Source of the DNA: Patescibacteria group bacterium
GTDB lineage: Bacteria; Patescibacteriota; Minisyncoccia; Phycocordibacterales; CAIZLB01
DNA length: 64,000 bases
Direction of reading: 5' to 3'
Assembly: GCA_040384445.1 (NCBI GenBank)
Contig: JAZKJG010000001.1
Location: 71,650 to 135,649, forward strand
Positions 29,741 through 39,304 of this stretch are shown here, in pieces. A program made the translations under genes and the position numbers. Numbering within the stretch: position 1 is the first letter of the stretch; the number at the start of each line of letters is the position of its first letter. The notes beneath the pieces are model-generated. The model was not told the origin of the DNA, did no database searches, and worked only from the letters and a program-made list of their open reading frames with translations.

Positions 29741-30470
29741 GCGAGAGAGACGAAGAAAAAAACTGCTCTTGTATGTTGCGGTGGTTTTTTGCATTGCGAT
29801 ATTTTTCTATCTTATATATTCATCACTATTTAAAATTGCTGATGTAGAGGTAACGGGTGCAAAGCATACAGATATTGTAGCTTTGAAAAATGATGTACAA
29901 GGCATACTTCAAGGAAATAGATTTTTGATCATCCCAAACTGGCACACCTTTTTATATCCAAAAGGAAATATCGAAGAATACATTTTAAAAACATACCCAA
30001 GTGTTGAGACTGTTGATGTGGGGGTTAGTGTAAAGAAAGTTGTGAAGATTGAGATTAAAGATAGATTACCACTTGGAGTGTGGTGTGGAGATGAATGTTA
30101 CTTCTATGATGACGAGGGAATTATTTTCAAGAAAAGTTTTAAATACACTGGACCTATCTTTACTGCGTGGGAAAGAAATCCAAAAACATCAGTGAGTTTT
30201 TTGGAGAAGGTGTCTTGTGAAGATTTGTGTACTAATCTCGTGTTTTCAAAATTTTTGGGAGATAACCAGATTGAACGAGCGGTGATTTCTGAAGAGATGG
30301 TTGAGTTTTATAGTGCAAATGGATACATGATTAAGGCTGGGTTTAATGCAAGTACGACGATGAGTCATATTAGGACAATAGGTGAGCAGAAGCCTGATTT
30401 TTTGAATGGGTTGGAATATGTGGATGTGCGGTTTCCAACGAAGATTTTTTATAAGGAAAAAGCTATATAG
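29718..30470 (+). CDS. FtsQ/DivIB-like POTRA protein
   Basis: Basic N-terminus + TM, FKIADVEVTG POTRA start, YVDVRF. Confidence 0.75.
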   Translation: MVVKSLTRRERRRKKLLLYVAVVFCIAIFFYLIYSSLFKIADVEVTGAKHTDIVALKNDVQGILQGNRFLIIPNWHTFLYPKGNIEEYILKTYPSVETVDVGVSVKKVVKIEIKDRLPLGVWCGDECYFYDDEGIIFKKSFKYTGPIFTAWERNPKTSVSFLEKVSCEDLCTNLVFSKFLGDNQIERAVISEEMVEFYSANGYMIKAGFNASTTMSHIRTIGEQKPDFLNGLEYVDVRFPTKIFYKEKAI

Positions 30471-30471
30471 G

Positions 30472-30501
30472 AAAAAGCCACCATACCTGAGTAGGTGGCT
30501 T
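30472..30501. terminator. Bulged hairpin
   Basis: AAGCCACC-A-TAC/GTA-GGTGGCTT. Confidence 0.7.
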
Positions 30502-30510
30502 AAGAGATTC

Positions 30511-30717
30511 TCAGGCAACTGAGTTTCTCCGTTTGAATATTGTGTGCAGATTATAAACACATATCGTGTGAGAGCTTGCTGTGCCGTCAGACCAAGTGGT
30601 TGTAATCTGAAGAAGGACACCGCCAGAAAGCATGCGGTTTCCTGGCTGAGGTTCAACAATTTTTGATGTTGTGGAAAGTGCCTTCTTCTTCGGTTTTCTC
30701 TGGAAGAATTTGAACAT
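30511..30717 (-). CDS. Hypothetical protein (orphan cassette)
   Basis: 68 aa; TGCTATAAT upstream with C/A-rich leader. Confidence 0.5.
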   Translation of the reverse strand: MFKFFQRKPKKKALSTTSKIVEPQPGNRMLSGGVLLQITTTWSDGTASSHTICVYNLHTIFKRRNSVA

Positions 30718-30814
30718 GGTATTTGGTGTAACTGAGTTAAGAGATCCTTTACGGATTATAGCATGTAAACATCTTCTTGATTTAGAGAGGAATTTTGTGG
30801 TATATATGTTGCAT

Positions 30815-30886
30815 GGCCCTATCGTCTAACGGTTAGGACGGAGCGTTCTCAATGCTCAAATCAGAGTTCGATTCTCTGTAGGGTCA
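30815..30886 (+). tRNA. tRNA-Glu(CTC)
   Basis: GGCCCTA/TAGGGTC acceptor; GAGCG-TTCTCAA-TGCTC; GTTCGATTC. Confidence 0.93.
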
Positions 30887-30890
30887 CAAA

Positions 30891-31304
30891 ATGAAAATAT
30901 TATTTCTATGTCGCGGAAATGTTGGAAGAAGTCAAATGGCAGAATTTTTAATGAAGAAAAATTTTGGAGATACATATGATGTTATATCTGCTGGGACAAA
31001 ATTAAGTGGTCCAGAAGAAGAGATCGGGAATTTAACTCCTGCAATAAATGAAGTGCTTGAAGTTATGAATGAAGAGGGGATTGATGTTTCTAAAGCTATT
31101 AGAAATCAGGTTACAGAAGAAATGGTAAATAGTTCTGATAAGGTTATTGCTTTGCTTGAAGATGAAGAACTTCCTGAATATTTGGTAGATTCTCCAAAAG
31201 TTATAAGGTGGTATGTTGTTGATCCAAAGGGTAAGGACTTAGATGAGACAAGAAAGATTAAGGATGAGATTAAGGAATTGATTTTAAATATGGATTTTAA
31301 GTAA
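30891..31304 (+). CDS. LMW phosphatase/ArsC-family protein
   Basis: LFLCRGNVGRSQMAE, SAGT, DP. Confidence 0.85.
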   Translation: MKILFLCRGNVGRSQMAEFLMKKNFGDTYDVISAGTKLSGPEEEIGNLTPAINEVLEVMNEEGIDVSKAIRNQVTEEMVNSSDKVIALLEDEELPEYLVDSPKVIRWYVVDPKGKDLDETRKIKDEIKELILNMDFK

Positions 31305-31309
31305 TCAAT

Positions 31310-31837
31310 ATGTTTCTATTTATCATGGAAAAAATTTTTGATTTAGTAGCAAAACTACTTTGGATAATTTCTAAAAAAACTTTTAACTTTTTGTCTCCAT
31401 TAATAATTTACCCAAAAAAAACCTTAGTAGGAGATTTTACAAGTATCCAAACGCTGCAAATCATCAATAGAAGCGGGCAAAATTTATATGATATTTATGT
31501 TGCAGGAATGTCTCGTGAAATAAAAGGTGGGTTCGATATAAAAATTGTTTCGAGTAATATCCCTAATGCAAAAACAGTTGAATATACAAAAATAAATACA
31601 AATGCTTTTGTTGTAATAGCTCAAGACCCTAAAACAAAAATACAACTATGGATCTATAGAATTCATCATATGGAACCGAGAGCTAAAATTGAGATTAAAC
31701 TAAAGATAAAAAGTAGTAAACCAGTATATTTTAAAAATCTAGGTTTTTCTTATAAAGAAATTTTTATTAAAGAATGGAGTAATGGGTCGCTAAATATTCC
31801 ATTTACAATAAAAAAACTACCTAATATAAAAGAATAA
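31310..31837 (+). CDS. Hypothetical protein, very AT-rich
   Basis: 175-aa ORF; start uncertain. Confidence 0.55.
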   Translation: MFLFIMEKIFDLVAKLLWIISKKTFNFLSPLIIYPKKTLVGDFTSIQTLQIINRSGQNLYDIYVAGMSREIKGGFDIKIVSSNIPNAKTVEYTKINTNAFVVIAQDPKTKIQLWIYRIHHMEPRAKIEIKLKIKSSKPVYFKNLGFSYKEIFIKEWSNGSLNIPFTIKKLPNIKE

Positions 31838-31841
31838 ATTT

Positions 31842-32216
31842 TTAATTTGAAATTTTTCTCCCCTCCGGTCTAAACTTCCACGACACGACCGTCAACACTG
31901 TTAACAATATCGCAGGCAACATCGTCGTAAACGCATCTCCATTTCCAAAGTGAGAAAACACAGCGCCTGACATACAAAAGAAAAATCCTGCATACGCCCA
32001 CTCCTTAACCAACGGATATTTCGGAACAAGAATCGCAATCGTTCCTAAAATTTTCCATACACCAATTATCATAAGAAAATAAACAGGATACCCAAGTTGT
32101 GTAATAAATTCTACTTCTGTAGGAGTTTGCATTATTTGTATGATTCCACTTGAGACCATTCCAAGTGCAAGCCATACTGTTGAGATCCAATAGATGATTT
32201 TGTTTCGTTTTGACAT
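31842..32216 (-). CDS. DoxX-like membrane protein
   Basis: LGYPVYF, KEWAYAGF, GAVFSH. Confidence 0.85.
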   Translation of the reverse strand: MSKRNKIIYWISTVWLALGMVSSGIIQIMQTPTEVEFITQLGYPVYFLMIIGVWKILGTIAILVPKYPLVKEWAYAGFFFCMSGAVFSHFGNGDAFTTMLPAILLTVLTVVSWKFRPEGRKISN

Positions 32217-32337
32217 GGTTTAATTGTATACCAGAACTATATTTGACCCTAACCCTCTAATCCTGTACTCTAACCCCAGAGTCGAATCATCGACAACGCC
32301 TCGTTTACGGCTCTGTAAACACTTCCTAAACATTCCC

Positions 32338-33021
32338 ATGTCCTTTCCTCCGTATAAAACAAAAACTTCAGAACAGTGGATCAAAGAATACGAAAAAAGA
32401 GATGCACTTTGGATCCATGATGGTAACCCGCGTCGCCCACACGTTAAGCTTCGCAGTGGTGAGCACTCAAACGGATTCTTCAACAGTGAACTTGTGTTAC
32501 AAGACCCGATGTTGATGGATGAAGTCTGTTGCGCAATTTTAACTTCAATTATGGCCATGGGCCAGCATCTTTCAAATATTAAAAGAATCGTTGGTCCTGC
32601 AATGGGTGCAATTACGATTGCACACGATGTTGCCCGTCACGTTACTCTTCGAACGGGTGGTGTTTGTTTTAGGGCTTACACCCAGAAAGCACCGGATGGA
32701 ACTATGATGTTTGAGAGGACTGAAATTGATCCTAAGGATCGCATCATTCTTGTTGAAGATGTGATCACAAAAGGAGGATCGGTTATGAGTACGGCCGCTG
32801 CTGTAGAAAAAGCAGGCGGGATAATTCTTCCTTATGTCGGTGCGATCGTGAACAGGTCAGGGCTTCATGCAGTCGGTGGAAAAGCTATTGTTGCCCTTAT
32901 TACTCATCATATGCCAAAGTGGAGTGCGGAAGAATGCCCACTTTGTGCAGTGGGTTCAGGAGTTGTATCTGATCCCAAGAAAAATGAAAACTGGGCACGA
33001 CTCAATATGCCTTACGATTGA
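32338..33021 (+). CDS. pyrE: Orotate phosphoribosyltransferase
   Basis: LRSGEHS, VGPAMGAI, LVEDVITKGGS; ATG 32338 after TTGACC-17-TACTCT. Confidence 0.85.
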   Translation: MSFPPYKTKTSEQWIKEYEKRDALWIHDGNPRRPHVKLRSGEHSNGFFNSELVLQDPMLMDEVCCAILTSIMAMGQHLSNIKRIVGPAMGAITIAHDVARHVTLRTGGVCFRAYTQKAPDGTMMFERTEIDPKDRIILVEDVITKGGSVMSTAAAVEKAGGIILPYVGAIVNRSGLHAVGGKAIVALITHHMPKWSAEECPLCAVGSGVVSDPKKNENWARLNMPYD

Positions 33022-33034
33022 TCAATCTCGAATT

Positions 33035-33070
33035 CCCGGCACCTCACAGAGGTGACCGGGTTTTTTATTT
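33035..33070 (+). repeat. Bulged terminator, copy 1
   Basis: CCCGG-CACCTC-ACA-GAGGTG-A-CCGGG-TTTTTTATTT; 26-bp core identical to 35065-35090. Confidence 0.9.
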
Positions 33071-33147
33071 GATTTACCGCCCAAATTCCTGTACTCTTCT
33101 CTCAGGATCTCAGACTTTAACATTCAACAAGAAAGGAAAAAACCAAC

Positions 33148-34014
33148 ATGATATTACTTTCAAACGGTCACGTACTTAAGTATGTAGTAGCAAGCGGTGC
33201 TCTCGCATTTGATGCGAAAGGATGGTGGTGGGAACAACCACTTCGGTGGCGTAGACGCATTAAACCTGAACTCTTCTCAGTAGTGATTAAAACACTTACC
33301 TACGAAGAGACAAAGGGAAATTTGAAAATGTGGAAGCCGTGGGATTGTGTTCGTCTATTAAAAAATGGAGGAGTGCTTAATAAAATCGGTCTGACAAATA
33401 AAGGGATCGAATGGTGGCTCAAAAAAATTGCTCCGAAGATTAATTTCCACGAGCAAGCCGTTATTGTTTCGATCTCTGGATCCCGGGAGCATATCCTCAT
33501 CATGATTAAACAACTGAACCATCTCCCGATCAAAGCAATCGAAATCAATGGATCATGCCCCAATACTGTTAGTGGGGTTACTGATTCTGGTTACGTAATT
33601 GAAACATTCAAGCAAGCTAAAGTTGTCTCAAAGCATCCACTCATTGTAAAAGTGGGAGTTACTCAAGATTACATGGCAATTGCAGAAGGGGTCAGAGGGT
33701 ATGCCGAAGCTATTGCATTAAACAGTGTGCCTTGGCACGTTGTCAATCCAGATAAAAAATCACCATTGGCAAAACTCAAAGGAGCTGGCGGAGGAGGTGT
33801 GTCAGGGAAACCTGCACAAGAATTTAATTGGCCGGCAGCAAAAGAGCTTGCTGAAAAAAATTATCTCCCCGTCATCTGCCCAAGCATCATGGAATACGAA
33901 GATTTGGAAAAAGTCGATGAGCTGGGTGCGAAAGCATACAGCTTCGGAGCTGTCCATGTTCGTACACCATCAAAACCAACCTCAATCGTAGAAAGACACC
34001 AAAATGGAAACTAA
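33148..34014 (+). CDS. pyrD: Dihydroorotate dehydrogenase (family 1-like)
   Basis: KT, N..GL.NKG, EINGSCPN, GGVSG; TTGATT-17-TACTCT promoter. Confidence 0.8.
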   Translation: MILLSNGHVLKYVVASGALAFDAKGWWWEQPLRWRRRIKPELFSVVIKTLTYEETKGNLKMWKPWDCVRLLKNGGVLNKIGLTNKGIEWWLKKIAPKINFHEQAVIVSISGSREHILIMIKQLNHLPIKAIEINGSCPNTVSGVTDSGYVIETFKQAKVVSKHPLIVKVGVTQDYMAIAEGVRGYAEAIALNSVPWHVVNPDKKSPLAKLKGAGGGGVSGKPAQEFNWPAAKELAEKNYLPVICPSIMEYEDLEKVDELGAKAYSFGAVHVRTPSKPTSIVERHQNGN

Positions 34015-35050
34015 TAGGATTCAAATTAATCGCTGGTTCGATCGACATCTTCATCTTCGTGATGGAGAAATGCTCAAAACAGTGCTTCCTTGTACACTTG
34101 CTCAGCGCCCGACTGGAGCACTTATCATGCCAAACTTGGTTCCTCCGATTACCACCATCGAAAGAGCGGTGGCATACAAGAAGAGAATTCAAGCTCTCAT
34201 TCCAGATGGTTGTGATTTCAACCCTTGTATGTCAGTGTACCTTACCGATAATACAGATCCTGAAGAAGTGAAACGAGGATATGAAGAAGGTGTATGGGTT
34301 GCCGCAAAGCTCTACATGGCAGATATAAATGGTAAGGGTGGGACAACAAATTCAGAAGGTGCAGTAAGAAATTTGCGAAATCTGAATAAGGTTTTTGCAA
34401 CCATGGAAAAAATTGGCATGCCATTACTTGGCCATTTCGAAGTTGCGGAGAAAAACGTCGATCCGTACGATCGTGAAGTAAGGTCATTAAAGCGAGATCT
34501 AAAGCCACTACTGAAATCATTCCCTGAATTACAAGTGGTTGCAGAACATGTGACTGATGGTCGGATGGCAGATTTCGTTGCTGAAGCGAACTATAAAATA
34601 TTCGCAACAGTGACTGCTCATCACTTGCTGTTCAGTCGAAATGCACTTTACGATGGTGGCATGAATCCGATCAATTACTGCAGACCGATCCTTAAGAGGG
34701 AAAAGCATCAGTTAAAACTTCGTAAGTATGTTACCTCAGGCAACCCTCGATTCGGAGCAGGTACAGATTCAGCGCCTCATCCCCGAGAGGAAAAAGAAAA
34801 GTGTTGCGGTTGTGCTGCTGGTGTATTTCCAGTAAATTCAGCCGCACTATATGCAATAGTATTTGATGAAGAGAATAAACATGAGCACATGAATGGCTTC
34901 ATGTCTCAAAATTTTCTCCATCTATATGGCATTCGTCCATCTAAGGAATTCATGACGATTAAGCGCCAACCCTCGATTATTCCAAAAATGGTTGGATCAG
35001 TCCACGTATTCAAGGGTGGAGAAACTCTTGAATGGACAGTAGAAGATTGA
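34004..35050 (+). CDS. pyrC: Dihydroorotase, homodimeric type
   Basis: DRHLHLRDG, MPNLVPP, KLY, EHVT, GTDSAPH. Confidence 0.92.
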   Translation: METNRIQINRWFDRHLHLRDGEMLKTVLPCTLAQRPTGALIMPNLVPPITTIERAVAYKKRIQALIPDGCDFNPCMSVYLTDNTDPEEVKRGYEEGVWVAAKLYMADINGKGGTTNSEGAVRNLRNLNKVFATMEKIGMPLLGHFEVAEKNVDPYDREVRSLKRDLKPLLKSFPELQVVAEHVTDGRMADFVAEANYKIFATVTAHHLLFSRNALYDGGMNPINYCRPILKREKHQLKLRKYVTSGNPRFGAGTDSAPHPREEKEKCCGCAAGVFPVNSAALYAIVFDEENKHEHMNGFMSQNFLHLYGIRPSKEFMTIKRQPSIIPKMVGSVHVFKGGETLEWTVED

Positions 35051-35063
35051 TATCAAAATTACT

Positions 35064-35101
35064 CCCCGGCACCTCACAGAGGTGACCGGGGTTTTTTATT
35101 T
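35064..35101 (+). repeat. Bulged terminator, copy 2
   Basis: Same hairpin as 33035 with one extra C-G pair. Confidence 0.9.
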
Positions 35102-35611
35102 AAACCCTATCATCTCAAGTGCTTTTCGAACTGGCTCAACCCAACTCGGATCAATTGATGTAAACCATTCAATCTTTGCATTTTCTGCATTAGGTGTAAT
35201 TAGTGTATCCATATCTACTGGAACCTCATACAAATTCCAAATTGAATTCCATGTCGGTCGTTCATTGTGACCAGGATTTATGACACTTAGATTTCCTATA
35301 AAATTAATTGCAACATTTTCAATACTAAGTTCACGTTTCAAATGTCGTTTACAAGCATCTACTGGTAACTCTCCCCAATTTAATCTACCACCTGGAACAA
35401 ACCATTTATGTTGAAATGAGGGTTCAAAACGATATCCTAGTAAAAATTCTTTTGTACCATTATTAATCCGTGTGAGTACGAAATCTGCAGTGGGTACTGG
35501 GAGCCATTTTAAAACTTCATAAAAAATCTCGTCGGGAATTCTTTTTCGATTTGCAACAAATTCAGCAATCTCAGCTTCTGATACAAGATCTGTGTCTGTG
35601 TAAATATTCAT
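35096..35611 (-). CDS. Nudix hydrolase (GDP-mannose hydrolase-like), AT-rich copy
   Basis: WFVPGGRLNWGE..RHLKRE; ATG 6 nt after TGTTATAAT. Confidence 0.8.
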   Translation of the reverse strand: MNIYTDTDLVSEAEIAEFVANRKRIPDEIFYEVLKWLPVPTADFVLTRINNGTKEFLLGYRFEPSFQHKWFVPGGRLNWGELPVDACKRHLKRELSIENVAINFIGNLSVINPGHNERPTWNSIWNLYEVPVDMDTLITPNAENAKIEWFTSIDPSWVEPVRKALEMIGFK

Positions 35612-35631
35612 GATGGGATTATAACATAAAA

Positions 35632-35659
35632 CCTCTGGAGCAATTGCTTGCTCCAGAGG
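35632..35659 (-). terminator. Terminator between Nudix paralogs
   Basis: CCTCTGGAGCAA/TTGCTCCAGAGG + TTTT. Confidence 0.8.
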
Positions 35660-35673
35660 AGTGGGGAGGAGGG

Positions 35674-36183
35674 TTATTCCCAGAGGAATCCAAGACTGCG
35701 CAGTGCGTTTTGTACTGGTTCTGGCCACGATGAATCGATGTGGGTGAACCATTCAACCTTCGCATTCTCCTTGTTGGGAGTCACAATGGTATCGAATGGT
35801 ACTGGAACCTCGTAAAGGTGCCAAATCGAGTGCCAAAGAGGACGGTCGTCACTTTCGGGATTAATGACACTAAAGTGACCTTGAAACTCGATGGCAGGAT
35901 ATTGAATCCCAAGCTCCCGTTGGAGGTGCCTGTAGCATGCTTCATCAGGAGTCTCTCCCCAATTGAGTCGTCCACCTGGCACAAACCAAGTGTCTTTGAA
36001 TGGTGCCTCGGTACGGTACCCGAGGAGGAATTCCTTTTTGCCACCCTCATTCTTCCGAGTGAGGATAAAATCGGAGGTCGAAATCGGAACCCATTTGAGT
36101 ACTTCACGAAATACGTCATCGGGGATCCTTTTTCTGTCAAACATCAATTTCTCGATCTCTTCTTTTGTAGGGAAATAATCCAT
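35674..36183 (-). CDS. Nudix hydrolase paralog, higher-GC cassette copy
   Basis: WFVPGGRLNWGE..RHLQRE; TTGACT-17-TATAAT promoter. Confidence 0.8.
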   Translation of the reverse strand: MDYFPTKEEIEKLMFDRKRIPDDVFREVLKWVPISTSDFILTRKNEGGKKEFLLGYRTEAPFKDTWFVPGGRLNWGETPDEACYRHLQRELGIQYPAIEFQGHFSVINPESDDRPLWHSIWHLYEVPVPFDTIVTPNKENAKVEWFTHIDSSWPEPVQNALRSLGFLWE

Positions 36184-36250
36184 TTTTTATCAGTCTTTCT
36201 ATCAGTTAAGGTGCTTACGTATTATAGCACAATCCACCCTTAAAGTCAAA

Positions 36251-37549
36251 CTACATCACCACACTCACCGTCGTACCCACACCCTCTTCACTCTCAACCA
36301 ACAACTTTCCGCCAAGATACTGCTCAACTGCATACTTAGAAGACGACAATCCGATTCCGCAGTTTGTTCCATTTTTCTTCGTACTATAAAATGTATCAAA
36401 AATCTTTTCTAAATCACTTTCTGCAATTCCTTGTCCAGTATCAACAACAGAAATACATGTCTTGCCTCCAGTTGGTACAACATGAATATAAATACTATTA
36501 TCTTTTCCTTCACACGCTTCGCATGCATTTGAAATCAAATTCAGGAGCACATGATTCAAAATAACTTTTTTTGTTTCAAGTCCGTATGATATGGGTCCAT
36601 GCACTTCAACGATGATTCCTTTTTGCATGTATAAATGTTTTGTAATCAAAAGTATATCTTGGATTTCTTGTATCACATCAAAACTTTCTGTCTCAAGATT
36701 AAATCGAATTTGTTTTCGCATCGTTTCAAGCATATGCTCAATTTTGTTTGAAACGTTTTGCATGTTTTTTAGTTGAAGCAGCGGTTCAGATCCAAGTGTC
36801 TCATCTGGAAATGATTCAAGGTAGAGCTTCAGTGTTTGAATAGGTGACATGAGATCGTGAAAAAGTCCGCTGGATAATCTACCAAACTCCACAAATCTAT
36901 ACACGGTTGCTAAATGTTCTGCTTGTAATGCTTTTGCCTCATCAATCTTTTCTTTTACTCGCACCTCAAGAGCGTCACGTTCATTTTTTAAAATCTTCTC
37001 TGTACGCTTTGCACGATCAAGTAATGTATCCTTAGATCTTTCTGAAAACATTAAAAGCGCAGTAATGATTCCAAACACGATCGATATCTCGACAATATCG
37101 TTTAAAGCAAATACGTCCCCGTGCCACGTTTCTGTTATTTCAAAAAATCCTCTATACCAATAGCCAACACACATCATACTGATCACTGCGAGTAGGTGAG
37201 TCTTGTTTCGTGATTCATCTCCAACGATTGCAACGATGAGAATTGAAAGAATGTATCCAAGGAGAACAGAAGGTAAATCAAAACCCCACCAAATTCCAGC
37301 TAGGGTACAAATGGTAATTATGGTTGTACTTAAAATAGTCAGGGAGAGCTCTGTGTGTTTACGATAATTTGCAATATATGCGCCGAAAAATAATACAACC
37401 GCAACAATACCAGTCCACAGAGAGAATCCGACATACGTTTCTTGTTGCTGTATTTGACTCCATACAAGTAAGCTCAAATACAAAAGAGAAAACCCAAAAG
37501 CAAAGATACTACAGCACGATAAGATATATTCTGTACGGGATGTTTCCAC
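36251..37549 (-). CDS. Membrane sensor histidine kinase
   Basis: FHDLMSP H-box, NLISNA, DTGQGI, FYSTK, GIGL; GTG 37549 follows TGCTATAGT. Confidence 0.9.
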   Translation of the reverse strand: METSRTEYILSCCSIFAFGFSLLYLSLLVWSQIQQQETYVGFSLWTGIVAVVLFFGAYIANYRKHTELSLTILSTTIITICTLAGIWWGFDLPSVLLGYILSILIVAIVGDESRNKTHLLAVISMMCVGYWYRGFFEITETWHGDVFALNDIVEISIVFGIITALLMFSERSKDTLLDRAKRTEKILKNERDALEVRVKEKIDEAKALQAEHLATVYRFVEFGRLSSGLFHDLMSPIQTLKLYLESFPDETLGSEPLLQLKNMQNVSNKIEHMLETMRKQIRFNLETESFDVIQEIQDILLITKHLYMQKGIIVEVHGPISYGLETKKVILNHVLLNLISNACEACEGKDNSIYIHVVPTGGKTCISVVDTGQGIAESDLEKIFDTFYSTKKNGTNCGIGLSSSKYAVEQYLGGKLLVESEEGVGTTVSVVM

Positions 37550-37577
37550 AATCAGTACTATAGCATATACTATATGC

Positions 37578-38042
37578 ATGGCTCACACGCATCAACCAAC
37601 CGTCGAAGAGATGGATAGGGATATTATTCATTTCTTTAGAAAGATTTCAGACCCTCTGGCTCGATTCGGATTATTCATAGTCTTTTTCTGGTTTGGAGCC
37701 TTAAAGGTGTTTGGATTAAGTCCAGCAAGTGAAATGGTTCATGAACTGTTTAATAAAACTATACCAATCATGTCGTTTTCGACTTTCATTATCTTATTTG
37801 GATTATTTGAAATGTTGATTGGATTGATGTTTGTTAAAAAAGGATTTGAGAGAGAGGTGATTCCACTGCTTTTCTTTCATATGGTGACCACTGGTCTTCC
37901 TCTTTTGCTTATGACACATGCGACATGGTCTTCGATTCTGATTCCGACTCTCGAGGGTCAGTATATTATTAAAAATATTGTGATCGTTGCAACAGCAATA
38001 GCGGTTGCGGCACACATTCACCCATTACCAAGAAAACGATGA
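37578..38042 (+). CDS. DoxX/YkgB-like membrane protein
   Basis: FFWFGALK, SPA, GQYIIKN. Confidence 0.75.
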   Translation: MAHTHQPTVEEMDRDIIHFFRKISDPLARFGLFIVFFWFGALKVFGLSPASEMVHELFNKTIPIMSFSTFIILFGLFEMLIGLMFVKKGFEREVIPLLFFHMVTTGLPLLLMTHATWSSILIPTLEGQYIIKNIVIVATAIAVAAHIHPLPRKR

Positions 38043-38515
38043 TTACAACACAAAAAATATTAACAATATGTATTATATTCGCAACAATTTTTGTTGTGTA
38101 TATGCTGCAAGAAAAAAAACCAGTTGAGAATAATGTTCCTATTCCTGTTTCTACATCTACGAATGCAACAAGTACAGAAACAATGGTACTTACTGTATAT
38201 CTACAAGATAAGGAGGTGGCACGAGTGTCGGATTGTAGAGTTACAAAAAAAGCTACATTTGAAATTCCAAAAACAACTGGAGTGGCAGATGCATCTCTAA
38301 AATATCTATTTGGAGAAGAGCTTAAAAAGTTCGGTGTTTATAAATCAGTATCTATTGAAAATGGAGTGGCAAAAGTGCTTTTGGCAGATGAAATTGGATC
38401 GCTCAGTAGTTGTGAATCAGGTCATATCATGGGTGTTCTTACTGATACACTTACCCAATATCCAACAATTCAAAAAGTTGAACTATATGGACCACTTGGA
38501 AAAATTGAATTTTAG
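38039..38515 (+). CDS. GerMN-like membrane-anchored protein
   Basis: TM anchor; SSC..TLTQYPTIQKV. Confidence 0.7.
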   Translation: MITTQKILTICIIFATIFVVYMLQEKKPVENNVPIPVSTSTNATSTETMVLTVYLQDKEVARVSDCRVTKKATFEIPKTTGVADASLKYLFGEELKKFGVYKSVSIENGVAKVLLADEIGSLSSCESGHIMGVLTDTLTQYPTIQKVELYGPLGKIEF

Positions 38516-38532
38516 TATGGTATAATTGGTGT

Positions 38533-38961
38533 ATGAATAATACACCAATGGCACGAGCGTCAATACTTATACATGCAACCATCGAAGAAGTATGGGATGC
38601 AGTTACTAAGCCTGAAATTGTAAAACAATACTTTTTTGGGACTGATTTAGATACAACATGGGAAGTTGGATCTCCGATATATTTTAGAGGATCGTGGGAA
38701 GGAAAAGAATATGAAGATAAAGGAGTTGTGCAATCATTTGTACCATTGAAAACACTGTCATATACATACAGAAGTAGTACAGAAGAAGGACCAGATGTTC
38801 CTGAAAATTATAAATTGATTACGTATGAAGTGACTCCGAAAGATGTTGGGGTTGAGTTATCTATTTTTCAAACAGCTGATACTGAGGAGAAAGCAAAACA
38901 TTCAGAGGACAATTGGTGCACTGTGCTTGTAGGGATGAAAAAACTTTTGGAGGATAAGTAA
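38533..38961 (+). CDS. SRPBCC/AHSA1-family protein
   Basis: EEVWDAVT, WEVGS, C-terminal W..L..MK..LE helix. Confidence 0.85.
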   Translation: MNNTPMARASILIHATIEEVWDAVTKPEIVKQYFFGTDLDTTWEVGSPIYFRGSWEGKEYEDKGVVQSFVPLKTLSYTYRSSTEEGPDVPENYKLITYEVTPKDVGVELSIFQTADTEEKAKHSEDNWCTVLVGMKKLLEDK

Positions 38962-38975
38962 AAAACCGACCCTTT

Positions 38976-39233
38976 TTACGGGGTGCGGTTTGAGAGATAC
39001 AGTTTTCCTTTGGGATAGGAGGATGTGAGTTCTCCGTATCGATCGACTGTTTTTAGGGTGATAAAGATTGAATAATTGGGTTTCAGGATAATGTTGTCTA
39101 CTGTTCCAATAATGTGACCTCCGTTATGTTCAAGAATAAGAATTTCTTGCGTATTCAATCTTCCTTCCAATTCGTGTAAAGAAAGAAAAATTTCGACTTT
39201 AAATTTACGTTTTGCAGCTTCATGAAAGAGCAT
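38976..39233 (-). CDS. Hypothetical protein (orphan)
   Basis: 85-aa ORF ending within a bulged hairpin 38961-38991. Confidence 0.5.
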   Translation of the reverse strand: MLFHEAAKRKFKVEIFLSLHELEGRLNTQEILILEHNGGHIIGTVDNIILKPNYSIFITLKTVDRYGELTSSYPKGKLYLSNRTP

Positions 39234-39304
39234 TGTACCTCCTTTGGTTACGGACCACTATACAGTATAATAAGAATATTACCAATAATCATTCAAAAAC
39301 ATAT

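Noticed and set aside
35612-35752. N-terminal extension of Nudix ORF 35096..35752, and similar extensions of grpE, pyrE, hpf, uvrB, rpe and topA
   Set aside because: Extensions run through promoters, terminators or neighbouring genes; downstream starts fit homology and promoter position.
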